Source: Squalus acanthias
Lineage: Eukaryota
DNA: 64,000 bases
Direction of reading: 5' to 3'
Assembly: GCA_030390025.1 (NCBI GenBank)
Contig: CM059438.1
Location: forward strand, 64,110,001-64,174,000
The notes under the pieces were generated by a model, which saw only the letters and a list, made by a program, of their open reading frames with translations, had not been told where the DNA came from and searched no databases. A program made the translations under genes and the position numbers. Position 1 is the stretch's first letter. Each line of letters begins with the position of its first letter. Positions 1 through 11,652 of this stretch are shown piece after piece.

Positions 1-428
1 TGTGTGTGTGTGTCCACAGGTCTGTGCGTGTGTGTGTCTGTGTGTGTGTGTGTGTGTCCACAGGTCTGTGCGTGTGTGTGTCTGTGTGTGTGTGTCCACA
101 GGTCTGTGTGTGTGTGTGTCTGTGTGTGTGTCCACAGGTCTGTGTGTGTGTGTGTCTGTGTGTCCACTGGTCTGTGTGTGTGTGTGTGTCCACAGGTCTG
201 TGTGTGTGTGTGTGTCCACAGGTCTGTGCGTGTGTGTGTCTGTGTGTGTGTGTGTGTGTGTCCACAGGTCTGTGTGTGTGTGTGTGTGTCCACAGGTCTG
301 TGTGTGTGTGTGCCCATAGGTCTGTGTGTGTGTGTGTGTGTCCACAGGTCTGTATGTGTGTGTGTGTGTGTCCACAGGTCTGTGCGTGTGTGTGTCTGTG
401 TGTGTGTGTGTGTGTGTGTCCACAGGTC

Positions 429-467
<39 letters not shown>

Positions 468-528
468 ACAGGTCTGTGTGTGTGTGTGCCCATAGGTCTG
501 TGTGTGTGTGTGTGTGTCCACAGGTGCG
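1..528. repeat. Compound minisatellite: (TG)n tracts punctuated by TCCACAGGTC
   Basis: Seen directly: repeated TCCACAGGTC (variant CCCATAGGTC) separated by variable (TG)n runs; runs off the window start. Confidence 0.95.
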
Positions 529-2592
529 TGTGCACGTTTCCTGCAAATGCAATAACCATGGAATTTAATTATTCTCTTTTGTTTCACTTGAAAATTAATT
601 TAAATACAACTTTAAACAACTTTATAATTTTCTATCTCTATCTTTTATTAATCCATAAAGGCCACATTTCAACCAGTTTTGATCAGGACGCAACACTCAT
701 CTTTTAAATAGTAAAAAATATCTCAATGAGATGACTCAATATCTTTCTTTCAGTAAGTTATGAACCAGTGACCTTGTAGGAATAAATGCTGCACGGATTA
801 ATTTCTCCAGGCAATCAGTGTCAACAGTAGTAGCAATAAGAAATATTCCACCAGGACACAATTGAATGGATTTTTACACTGATCATTGCTGGGACCATTT
901 AAATTGCTTCTCAAGTTCCATGTCTCATTTCCTCTCCGAAGAAAATGCAAGAGCAGTCTGCCAGTCTTGAAACAAGCCCAGCACCAGTCTGTTAACATCA
1001 ACCCAGCGAATGTATATGTTAATATCTAGAGCAGGATACATTGATACACTAGGCACAGTACAGGTGTGTATTTCATTAGCATTTTTTTCATGATGCTAAC
1101 CTGTATTTTTGTTCAGTTTAACAAAAAAATGTGACCTTTGGATCTGGGTTTCAAAATTCAACTCGCACTTTGATGGCTTTAAGGGTCATATGTGAAGGGT
1201 GTTTTGGACCACGCCCATCCAGCTTCTTAGGGTGCCCCGGCACAAAACTATCCCAAATTTGGCACGAACTTGGCGCCCTCACTCACAGAAGCCACAGGAT
1301 GACTGTTGCGAGCACTGGAGAAACGTCACATTGTTGCTCTTCCAAGGTTGGCACTGAGCCGCACTGTTGGGGCAGAGTGCAGGGAGCTTTACTCCCCAGC
1401 ATAACCATTCTAGCACTAGAGCTGCAAGTGCTTCAGAGTGACACTGGCTACCTGAAATGGAATGTGCTTCATCTGACCCGTTTTTAACTCCAGGCGGATT
1501 CCCCGCTCAGGCCTGAGTTAAAATTACGGCCGGGTCTCAATGATGTCATCGGGCCTCAACGTGCATGTGTAATGAAGGACCCTGTTGGCTCCGGGCGAGT
1601 GTCCTTGCTGCCTGCTCAGGAGGACAGGTTAAAATTGCAGATGTTGCGATCATGGCGGCTTTCGGACAGGTGAGAGCCGGGGCGATTTTAACTGCCCGCC
1701 CGCCAGGTTTCTGCTGAGCGAGTAGGGTTAAAATTGCCCCCTCTTGATGAGCATAAAAAATCAATTGCAGAATAAATAAAAATATACACTTAATTTCTCT
1801 TGGCTGCTATCAGACTCAATTATTTCAATTGCTGTCCGGCTCTGTTATTTTAATGTAATTTTCTTCCAGAAATAGTTTTTGTAGATGCTAATTTTCTTAA
1901 AATGAGGTTGCTGCACAGCCAGGTCCATTTACTGCTCATTAGCAAATTTGTACAAGACAACAAGAGTAAAGCAGATAATATATTCCTCATAGAATATCAT
2001 TCGTTTAGCGAAGGTGGTTAAAAAGCTGGAGGATTAAAATTTACAGCACACATTATTGATTGACAGCAGCTTGGCAGTTCTAAAGGGGCTATGACAGAAG
2101 CAGAGCTCCGTCCTGCTTCAGAGTAGACGACTTTTGTCCGATGCTTTTTTGTTCACATGAACTTTTAGCTAAGTCAAGCATTTGGAATTTAAAATGGAAA
2201 TCCATTGCTATGCTCTAAAAGAAACTCTTTTGTCTTGGGGCCTGAGTTGAAGCAATACACATTGCCGTCCCGAGTTGACGATTAGTTTCAAGGGACGGTG
2301 GCCTACCTTTGCTTCCGATGTCATCCATACGTGCAGTCTACCCAGGTCTACATTGTCCCACGTCTCAAGTTACATTATAATGAATGTAAGTTTTCCACTG
2401 GGGAATGAAAAGGAGTTTCTTGTAAGTGATTGCCACCATTATTATGGGTGGTTGGGGGGTGCATGGAGGAGGGGGGCTGGCAGGAAAGGGGAGGATTGTC
2501 ACATCAGATGCAAATTGCAAAATATTTTTTTCAGGTCTAACTTAGTGTAGATGTCCCCAGACAATGATACGATTGGCGTCCATTCAGGTGAA

Positions 2593-3166
2593 CAATAACA
2601 ACAACAACTTGTATTTATACAGCACCTTTAACGTAGTAAAACATCCCAAGGCGCTGCACAGGAGTATTATAAGACAAAAAATTTGACACCGAACCACATA
2701 AGGAGAAGTTAGGGCAGGTGACCAAAAGCTTGGTCAAAGAGGTAGGAGCGTCTTAAAGGAGGAGAGAGAGGTAGCGAGGCGAAGAGGTTTAGGCAGGGAA
2801 TTCCAGAGCTTAGGGCCTAGGCAACAGAAGACACGGCCACCAATGATTGAGCGATTATAATCAGGGATGCTCAAGAGGGCAGAATTAGAGGAGCGCAGAT
2901 ATCTCGGGGGGCTGTGGGGCTGAAGGAGATTACAGAGATAGGAAGGGGCGAGGCCATGGAGGAATTTGAAAACAAGGATGACAATTTTGAAATCAAGGCG
3001 CTGCTTAACGGGGAGCCAATGTGGGTCAGCAAGCACAGGGGGTGATGGGTGAACGGGACTTGGTGCGAGTTAGGACACGGGTAGCCAAGTTTTGGATGAC
3101 CTCAAGTTTACGTAGGGTAGAATGTGGGAGACCAGCCAGGAGTGGATTGGAATAGTCAAGTCTAGA
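2593..3166 (-). mobile_element. L2-clade LINE 3' fragment
   Basis: Minus-strand peptide HWLPVKQRLDFKI...GGRVFCCLGPKLWNSLP (L2 ORF2 C-terminus) and (CAA)n tail at 2593-2607. Confidence 0.9.
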
Positions 3167-3663
3167 AATAGTCAAGTCTGTGAAAGAGGTAATCACTTAA
3201 TATAACTACCAACCTGTTAAGAAAGAACTTCGTCATAGGATGAGGCCGAATATGAAGTGGCCCCTTTTGAACTGGTTTGACTGGTCTGGACTCAGAAACC
3301 TCTCAGTCTGAGATACATTCTACTGTTTCTCATTTTGTCAGTTCAGTTTTGGTCATGTCAAAGGCAACCCTAGGCTGCACGGGGAAGGCAGGAATTCTGT
3401 TGCTCCCAATTACAACATCGAATCAGAAAGTCTTGTCATTTATTGGGTTGTTTCGAGCAACATGTGATTGGAGAAGATACCTTATATGTTTGATCTACAC
3501 CTGTTTTTACAAGTATATTTGTACCTCTTACTGTTTTTGATTGCTTCTATGTAAACTTAATAAGTTTCGCTTGTAGTTTTTAACCTGAATAATACAGTCT
3601 GATAACATGCATGATGGGTAACCATTGTGACTTCCATGGCAAAGCATCCTAGGAAAAGATTAG

Positions 3664-4521
3664 GGGGGAAAAATTTGGTTGCTTTGTGTCTCCCGTTAGC
3701 GCCCAGGTGCGGCGATGTTTGCGCCGCTCGTGAAATTGACCAGACATTTTGCGGCGGCGCTAAACACTACCGCCACGATCTCCTGCGCCCGCAGATCGTG
3801 ACGTCAGTCGAGCGTGCAACGCTCTGGTAGTGCCCTGGACCGGATATTGAGTGGCGCCCCCTGCCTTACCGCCTGCTGCTAGCAACGACAGGTTGAGGGG
3901 AACGTTTTGCAGTCGGGAAGGGACTGGGGAAGCGCTATTTAAAGGCGACCGCTTCCTGACTTTTTTTGTTGGCGACATTTTTGCACCACGCATTCTGAGA
4001 GAGAGAGAGAGAGAGACTTCTGGAGAGATTCAACACTATGTGAAGGAGCTTTGGGTAATGAGCTGCACTTTGCAGGTTCATTTTGATTTGTCCTTCCTTG
4101 CATCGATTTAGAAGAGACTAGTGGGGCTGCACTCTGAGCTCTTTCCCTGGGCCTCTCCATTGTTCTTTCCAGCAGAATTGATGTACTAGTCTCTCCAGGC
4201 CAAGATTCAAGGCTGCAATGGGCAGGATGTGGATGGAGAGCAAGATCAACCCTTCCCTTTAAGAACTGGCCGGCGCCATTGTGTCTCTGTTCCATTGCTG
4301 ACTGACATCACATGAGCTTTGCCAGTGCTCTGAGATAGCGCCTCGCTCCTCGGCGTTAGCGCCTTAAGAGAGGTGTGTAGCGCCTGATTTAGCGCTCCAA
4401 TCACCTCCAGGGGTGATAGAAGCCAAGTTTGCAGTCAGAGGCGATAATTAGCGCCAGGCGCTAAACTTTGCGCCCGGCCAATAATTGCGCCCCAAACGGG
4501 GCAATACCGAATTTCTCCCCC
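3664..4521. mobile_element. PIF/Harbinger-type non-autonomous element (MITE)
   Basis: Ends GGGGGAAAAATT / AATTTCTCCCCC, flanked by TAG at 3661-3663 and 4522-4524; GC-rich GGCGCTAA-type subterminal repeats. Confidence 0.85.
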
Positions 4522-4672
4522 TAGTTGTTAGCCCTGAGGCACGTTACTCCTGGCCCGCTTAAAATTGTTCGCTTCAGATCATGGAGGATGTGGGGCAGCT
4601 TGTGGAGTGGCAATTCTCTGTGAATACAAACAAAAAGAGCTGAAAGAAAGCCAAAATTGTAACAGGGACTTC

Positions 4673-5431
4673 GGGCTGGATTTTGAATGACCCATGGAGT
4701 CGGGTTTGGAGGCGTGTGGGGGGTTAAATTTGCGGGGTCGGGGTTTCCGACCCCATCCCGACTCCATCCCGCCTCCACGCAATTTTGACAGAATCAGTCA
4801 CGGGGTTCCTGACTCCGTCCCGCCTTCAAGAGGTGGGAGAGGCCATTAAAGCCCTTAACAAGCTCTAAATTGGCTCTGTAATGCCATTTTGAAATGCTGT
4901 AGCTAGTTTAACCCTCTTCTGACGTGAAGGACACCTGGTGTGAAACACTCCAGTGAAACCTGGCGGGAGCACAAGTGGATAGCTGACTATCAGCTGCAGG
5001 TCCACTATTACAACGGAGATGTGATGAAGGTAGTAGTAGTATTAGGTCTGAACGTCGCCTCTGATGCTGCTGCATTGAATGTCTTCAGAGACTGCCGGGG
5101 AGGACTTGGTTGGCAAAAATTCTCTCTCATTCTCTCTCTCTCTCTCTCTCTCTTTCTCTTCTACACCCCCCCCATTTTTGCATCCAGGTCCACTCACATC
5201 AAAAGCCAGGCAGGTCCTCTCTCACCAACAGTCTCTGAGACTAGGCAGTCAGCAATGATGACATCATCAGAGGCGACTTTCAGACTGAAAACACTAATTA
5301 GTTCATGGGTTCCCACATGCTCCAACTCAATTGCCCAATTAAGTGAAAATTGCATCAGCCATCCACATTAATCTGGAGTCGGGGGGGAACACGAAATGCA
5401 GATTACACGACCCCAAGACAAAATCCAGCCC
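4673..5431. mobile_element. PIF/Harbinger-type MITE
   Basis: Perfect 13-bp TIR GGGCTGGATTTTG / CAAAATCCAGCCC with TTC duplicated at 4670-4672 and 5432-5434. Confidence 0.88.
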
Positions 5432-7094
5432 TTCATCTCTCTGTTTCTAAAACATTCTAAACCAGCTTGTTCTCAAGTTCGACATTTGGGAGAACGGCAA
5501 GCCCTCATTAAAAAGCAATTTGCTAAGTCGTTGGTTGAAGTAAACACTGAGCTCTGTCTCCTGTCTGAATGTACCTTGGATCTTGCCACGATTTGCTCAT
5601 CTTACAAATTGGACCCTTGACGTGCAGAATTGCAACACAGAAAGAGCAACCGTGTTTACCAAAGGAACAATGTTTTATGATTTTAGCTAAATTATTAAAG
5701 TAGCAAGCTTTTGACAAAGTGTAAGTCAAATTCATGTGCAAGAGTCCCACTGTTTTGAATTAAAATAGCTATGAGGACCTGATTTTTTGATAAGCTATTG
5801 CTGCATTGGAGGGAGTCGGGTAACGCTGTGTTTTAAATCTACTGAACAGATTGATATGTGCGTAAAGCGAGTTTTAATTGCAAATAGGCCATCAACACCT
5901 TGGTCCATAACAATGGAGTCATTTTAATTCCATGCACACAAACAGATTATTTATAGTGCTACCCCGCTCCTACTGTTCATTTAATTATGATGATTGCCTT
6001 GATGGAAAACCTATTCCACCAACTTGGGGCACCATTATAAATAACAGCTTGATGAAAGATGCCAAATTAAAGCAATTTAAAAAAACATATAGTTCTAAGA
6101 CTTTTATTTTTCAACATTTGTACACAAATGTTTCAGGATTTCACGGGACCATAAAAATCTCAGCACGGGAGGCATTTTGACCCTTTGTGCCCCCACCAGT
6201 GCGAAACCCACATTGGAGCTATCTACTCCAATCTCATTTTCCCACTCTTATATTTCTCCCTTGATATTGCTCTTCTTTGAGTGATTAAAAAAAAATCTTC
6301 CCTTGAATGATCAAACCTGCTAATTGCTTAGTGTGAATAGAAAAGAAATCATTCACATCATGGTCTCAATCAAATTTTTGTATTTTAGCCCATTGCGGCC
6401 AATGAATTGCTAGCCGTCGTTCATGATTATTGCTTCATTACTAGTGCATACCTTTGGTTATCTCATGTACCGAATGGAGATGCTTGGGGATGAAACCTGA
6501 TTTTTAGCTTATTTTAGTTGAGATGGTATGTTTTAAGTGACTAGGGTCTTTGCAGCCAAATTGGCATTGATGGCAACCTGAAGGGTTGGTGTACCAATCG
6601 CTGGTGTTTTGTTCAGGGATGAACAGACATGTTCAAAAATTCATCACAGTTAATAACATGTGTAAGAATAGTCCAAAGCTCGATATGTATATTTGTGAGA
6701 TGTGTTGGGGTAAATATAAATCAGTATGATTAGACAGAGAACCAGCTTCCTTGCATTCATAGGAATCATTTGCATTGAATAAGTCTAGACATCCAAAAAT
6801 AATTTTTGCTTTCATCCCCATCAAGGCGAAAAATCCCTTCTGTATTGGAGTTAGAATTTTTTTATCCTTAATAGCTATGAAAATTAGGCCTAGTTTGTGT
6901 GGAGCAACAAGGAAGCCAATTTGAACATTAGATCAGTTCCTTCCATTGCAAATAATGTATTCTAGAGATAGGTAGTTAATTTGTTTAACCTTCTGCGAAT
7001 GGCACAACTAGTCTCATTACAGTTAAATTGTGCAAAAAAAATACAATCTAAACATTTGCCTGACCAGGAGAAAATGGAAGGAGTTTTTCCACAG

Positions 7095-8150
7095 TACACA
7101 AAGTAATCAAAAAGGTTAATGAAATGTTAGCCATTTTCTCCAGGGGCTTGCGATATATGTCAACCGTGGCTCAGTGGGTAGCTCTCTCGCCTCTGAGTTG
7201 GAAGGTTGTGGGTTCAAGTCCCACTCCAGAGACTTGAGCACATGAATCTAGGCTGACACTCCAGTGAGGGAGTTCTGCACTGTCGGAGGTGCCGTCTTTT
7301 GGATGAGACATTAAACCGAGGTCCCGTCTGCTCTCTCAGGTAGATGTAAAAGATCCCATGACACTATTTCGAAGAAGAGCAGGGGAGTTATCCCTGGTGT
7401 CCTGACCCATATTTATCCCTCAATCATCATCACTAAAAACAGATTATCTGGTTATTATCACGTTGCTGCTTGTGGGAGCTTGCTCTGTGCAAATTGGCTG
7501 CCACGTTTCCGACATTACAACAGTGACTGTACTTCATTGGCTGTTAAGTGCTTTGGGACGTCCTGAGGTCGTTTTTTCCAATACAAAAGTGAGGAAATTA
7601 TGTTTCTCGTGTACAGAGGCTTGGTCAGACCTTATCTGGAGTGCTGCATTCAGTTTTGGGCACTGCATCTCAGGAAGGATATATTGACCTTGGAGAGGGT
7701 TCAGTGCATACTCACCAGAATTATACTGGGGCTTAAAGGGTTAAATTATGAGGCCAGGTTGCCTAAACTTCGCTTGTATTCCTTGGAGTTTAGAAGGTTG
7801 AAGGCTGATCTACTGGATATTAATATGACAAAGGGATTCTATTTAGGGCAGATACAGCAAAACTATTTCCTTTGGTGGGGGATTCCAGCACAAGGAGGCG
7901 TAATTTTCAAGTAGAGCTCGCCCATTTAGGAGTGAAGTCAGGAAACACTTTTCACACAAGGGTAGTGGCAATCTGGAATTCTTTCTTCCAAAAGGCTATG
8001 CGTATCTGAAGGGTGAGAGCAACTTTGAAATTTTCAAGACAGATTGATAGATTTTTTATTCGATAAGGTTATCGAGGGATATGGAGCAAAGGTGGGTAAA
8101 TGGAGTTGAGGTACAGATCAGCCATGATTTTAATTGAATGGCGGAGCAGT
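7095..8150 (+). mobile_element. Degraded CR1 LINE 3' fragment interrupted by a SINE
   Basis: Peptide YRGLVRPYLECCIQFWALHLRKDI...LYSLEFRRLKADL and CR1 3' UTR motif GATCAGCCATGAT; continuity broken at 7159-7570. Confidence 0.85.
7159..7570 (+). mobile_element. tRNA-derived Deu-domain SINE (SacSINE1-like)
   Basis: tRNA-like head GTGGCTCAGTGGGTAG...GGTTCAAGTCC followed by the Deu-type core GTGCCGTCTTT.GGATGAGAC...AAAGATCCCATG; family name recalled, not searched. Confidence 0.85.
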
Positions 8151-9083
8151 TTCAAGCTCGAGAAGATCTTCACCCATCTAGCTCGTCTATCTACAGTATT
8201 CATTGGTGCATTTCTAATAACCCTGAATCCCATTTGAGATCCATTAACTAAGCCCCATAAAGGATCGAACCCAGGATCTTGGTGATGATGCAGGGCTTTG
8301 CAGGGGAAATCACGGGGTATATTTGCAATAATTATCATATCAAAAAACAGTTAATAGTTAAGATTGTGAAATATACTCAAGCAGTCACACTGTGTGTGAC
8401 AAATCAGAGTTAGATTTTGCTTTACCGAGGTTCAAAAAGCTGACTGTTTCTATATCACACTCCTACTTTTCACCTGTCATAGATTGCGCCACAACTTTTT
8501 GGGATTCTGAAGCGTCTTCAGTAGTTTTGAACGGCTGACCAGCCACCAAGCCAAATGGCAGTTGAGAAAATGTACATTTATATAGCACATAAGAGAACAC
8601 CCCAAACTGCTTCACCGCCAACAGACTACTTTGAAAATGCAAAGACTGTTGCTATGTAAGCAAAAGCAGCAGAAAATCAGACCAGTAACCGATTAATCTT
8701 TCTTTTAGTGGTGTTGGTGGAGGGAGGAATATTGGCCAGGACACCGAGTAAACTCCCTACTTAAATACACTCCCCGCCGTTTATAGCAGGCGCGTTGGTA
8801 TAAACGCGATTTACCCGCTATACGCGATGGCCACTATAACGGTATTACAGTACTCTACAATATAACAAGATCAATCTCCAACTAAGGTTTTCCTTCTGAA
8901 GCATCTATAAATCATAAGATGTCCATACGTCTATCTGCAACAAGGGACAAAAGCAGGCAGTCAAAACTGAGGGGATCAGAAGGGGGTTAAGTACTCAAAA
9001 GATAATTGGACATTAACAAAGTGTTATTTACTTATGTCTGTTCTTGCATTCAGTGCACCTTAGCGAGGTGTGAACTAGTGAGT

Positions 9084-10060
9084 AGAATCATAGAATCATA
9101 GAATGGTTACAGCACAGAAGGAGGCCATTCGGCCCGTCGAGCCCGTGCCAGCTCTCTGCAACAGCATTTCAGCTAGTCCCACTCCCCCGCCCTTTCCCCG
9201 TAGCCCTGCAATTTTTTTTCCTTCAGGTACTTATCCAATTCCCTTTTGAAAGCCACAATTGAATCTGCCTCCACCACCCTTTCAGGCAGTGAATTCCAGA
9301 TCATAACCACCCGCTGCGTAAAAAGGTTTTTCCTCATGTTGCCTTTGGTTCTTCTGCCAAACACCTCAAATCTGTGTCCTCTGGTTCTCGACCCTTCCGC
9401 CAATGGGAACAGTTTCTCTCTATCTACTCTGTCTAGACCCCTCATGATTTTGAACATCTCTATCAAATCTCCTCTCAACCTTCTCTGCTCTAAGGAGATT
9501 AACCCCAGCTTCTCCAGTCTATCCACGTAACTGAAGTCCCTCATCCCTGGAACCATTCTTGTAAATTGTTTCTGCACCCTCTCTAAGGCCTTCACATCCT
9601 TCCTAAAGTGCGGTGCCCAGAATTGGACACAATTCTTCAGTTGAGGCCGAACCAATGTTTTATAAAGGTTCATCATAGCTTTCTTGCCTTTGTACTCGAT
9701 GCCTCTATTTATGAAGCCCAGTATCCCATATGTTTTTTTAACTGCTTTCTCAACCTGCCCTGTCACCTTCAACGATTTGTGCACATATACCCCCAGGTCT
9801 CTCTGTTCATGCACCCACTTTAGGATTGTACCCTTTAGTTTATATTCCCTCTCCTCGTCCTTCCTACCAAAATGTATCACTTCGCACTTTCCTGCATTAA
9901 ATTTCATCTACCACGTATCCGCCCATTCCACCAGCCTGTCTATGTCCTCTTAAAGTCTGTCACTATCCTCCTCACTGTTCACTATACTTCCATGTTTTGT
10001 GTCATCTACAAATTTTGAAATTGTGCCCTGTACACCCAAGTCTAAGTCATTAATATATAT
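9084..10060 (-). mobile_element. CR1 LINE 3' fragment (RT C-terminal half)
   Basis: ORF 9173-9907 (KCEVIHFGRK...LVRPQL...SRTRGH...WNSLP) and AGAATCAT-repeat tail at 9084-9102. Confidence 0.93.
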
Positions 10061-10061
10061 T

Positions 10062-11398
10062 GGGCCAGAAATTCGGCTCTTGTCAGGTGAGTACGCGCTG
10101 TGTACTCACCCGTAAGGCCACCTGAAGTGCCGGTTTTGCGCATGCACTGCGCATGCGCGGGAAACCGGAACTTCCGTTCCCCTGAAGGAAGGGGTTCAGA
10201 AGTCGAACGCGTGCGCGGGAGAGGCAGCGCGCACGCAGCGAACTTCGGTTTTTTTTCAGGTTTCTCCGTGAGGGTAAGTATGGAGAAGCTGCGCATTTAA
10301 AAAGTAGGCACAAGGCCTGTTTTTAACAAGGTAAGTGGTTAATTAAGTACAATTTAAACATTTTTTCAACAGGTTTATCTTTTTTACATACTTTAAAGAA
10401 AGGTAAGTTTATTTTTAGCACTGTTAAAAAGTTTAATTAATTTTTTCAAAAATTTAAATTTTTGTTTAAAGTAGTTAATTTATGTAATTTATCGTTATTT
10501 TAAAAATGTGATGGTTTTAAAAAAAAATATTTGAAGTTTTATTGAGGTTTTGGGGCCGATCTCTATTCATAGATTTGACAGGTCGTCCTGTCAAATCTAT
10601 GAATGAAAATTCCCTGCTACGATTGGCTCTCCATGGCCCACGTGATCCCAGGGGACGCTTCGAACTAACTGCGCCCCTGGGATACGCAAGCACTGCGCGC
10701 CAGCAGCTGCAGAAGGCCCAGGACCCTTTTCATTCCGAGCTCGCACGAACTTGATTTTCTAGACAGCAGCTGTGCAGTGCTTCCGTATCCCACAGGCGCA
10801 GTTAATTCGTGCGAGCTGTGGGATCACGTGATTCAGTTAGAACCAATGGCAGCACACCATCTTTCATTCATAGTTTTCACAGCAAGTGCTGTGAAAACTA
10901 TGAATCTATACCCCCTCAAAAGAACAGCTAAACCTCAATTAAATTTTTTAAAAAAACCATCACATTAATAAAATAAGTATAGTTAAATAAATTAACCACT
11001 TTAAACAAAAAATAAAATTTTTGAAAAAATTTAAAATCTTTTAAAAAGTTATAAAAATAAACTTACCTTTCTTTAAAGTCTCTAAAAAAGATATACCTGT
11101 TGAAAAAAATTCAAAATAATACTTAATTAACTACTTACCTTGTTAAAAGAGGGTCTTACGCCTCCTTTCTTCATGTGCAAAATCTTCCATGCTTACCTAC
11201 GCGTTCAAAGCACTAAGTGCACTGCGTGCGCGCAGCCTGTAGCGCGCACGCGGTTCACCTAGGAACCGCCCCCTTTTGAAATCACCAAGTACCGGTTTTC
11301 AGCGCATGCGCAGTGCATGCTGAAAACCGGCAATTGGAGACAGAATACGCGAGAGTACACAGTGCGTACTCTCGCGTAGAGACACTAATTTTTGGGCC
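10062..11398. mobile_element. 1.3-kb foldback (long inverted repeat) MITE-like element
   Basis: Ends GGGCCAGAAATT / AATTTTTGGGCC; arms mirror each other (e.g. TTTTAACAAGGTAAGTGGTTAATTAAGT vs ACTTAATTAACTACTTACCTTGTTAAAA); no clean TSD. Confidence 0.8.
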
Positions 11399-11474
11399 AA
11401 GGTTTATCGTTTTTTGGCCAATATAAGCAACTGCCCGATTTAAGCGTGGATGTTTTGAGTGGTGGGGACTGCAG

Positions 11475-11652
11475 TGCCGTGGGATCTTTAACATCTGCCA
11501 GAAGAGACAGATGAGGCCTTGATTGAATGACACCCGCACCAAAGTAGCACTGAAGTGTCAGCCTAGATGTGTGGTCAAGTCCTGGTTTGTGGCTTGAAGC
11601 CACAACCTTACACCTCAGAGGACAGAGAGCCAGCAACTGAGCCAAGCTGACA
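11475..11652 (-). mobile_element. Deu-SINE 5' fragment, degraded
   Basis: Reverse complement of the SINE head seen at 7159 and 29071 (...CAACTGAGCCAAGCTGACA). Confidence 0.7.

Noticed and set aside
1..528. CRISPR-like repeat-spacer appearance
   Set aside because: Spacers are just (TG)n, there are no cas genes and the DNA is eukaryotic.
2..707. Cys/Val-rich ORFs of 80-233 aa
   Set aside because: Translation of the (TG)n satellite; stop-free by composition.
2232..2311. Hairpin GCCGTCCC...GGGACGGT as a possible pre-miRNA
   Set aside because: Only about 40 nt with a bulged, short stem; too weak without expression data.
7159..7230. tRNA gene (also 29071-29140)
   Set aside because: tRNA-like head continues into a multi-copy SINE body.
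8766..8852. CpG-rich short pogo/Tigger-like MITE
   Set aside because: Inner CCGTT(T)ATAG inverted match exists but termini do not match; cannot support boundaries.
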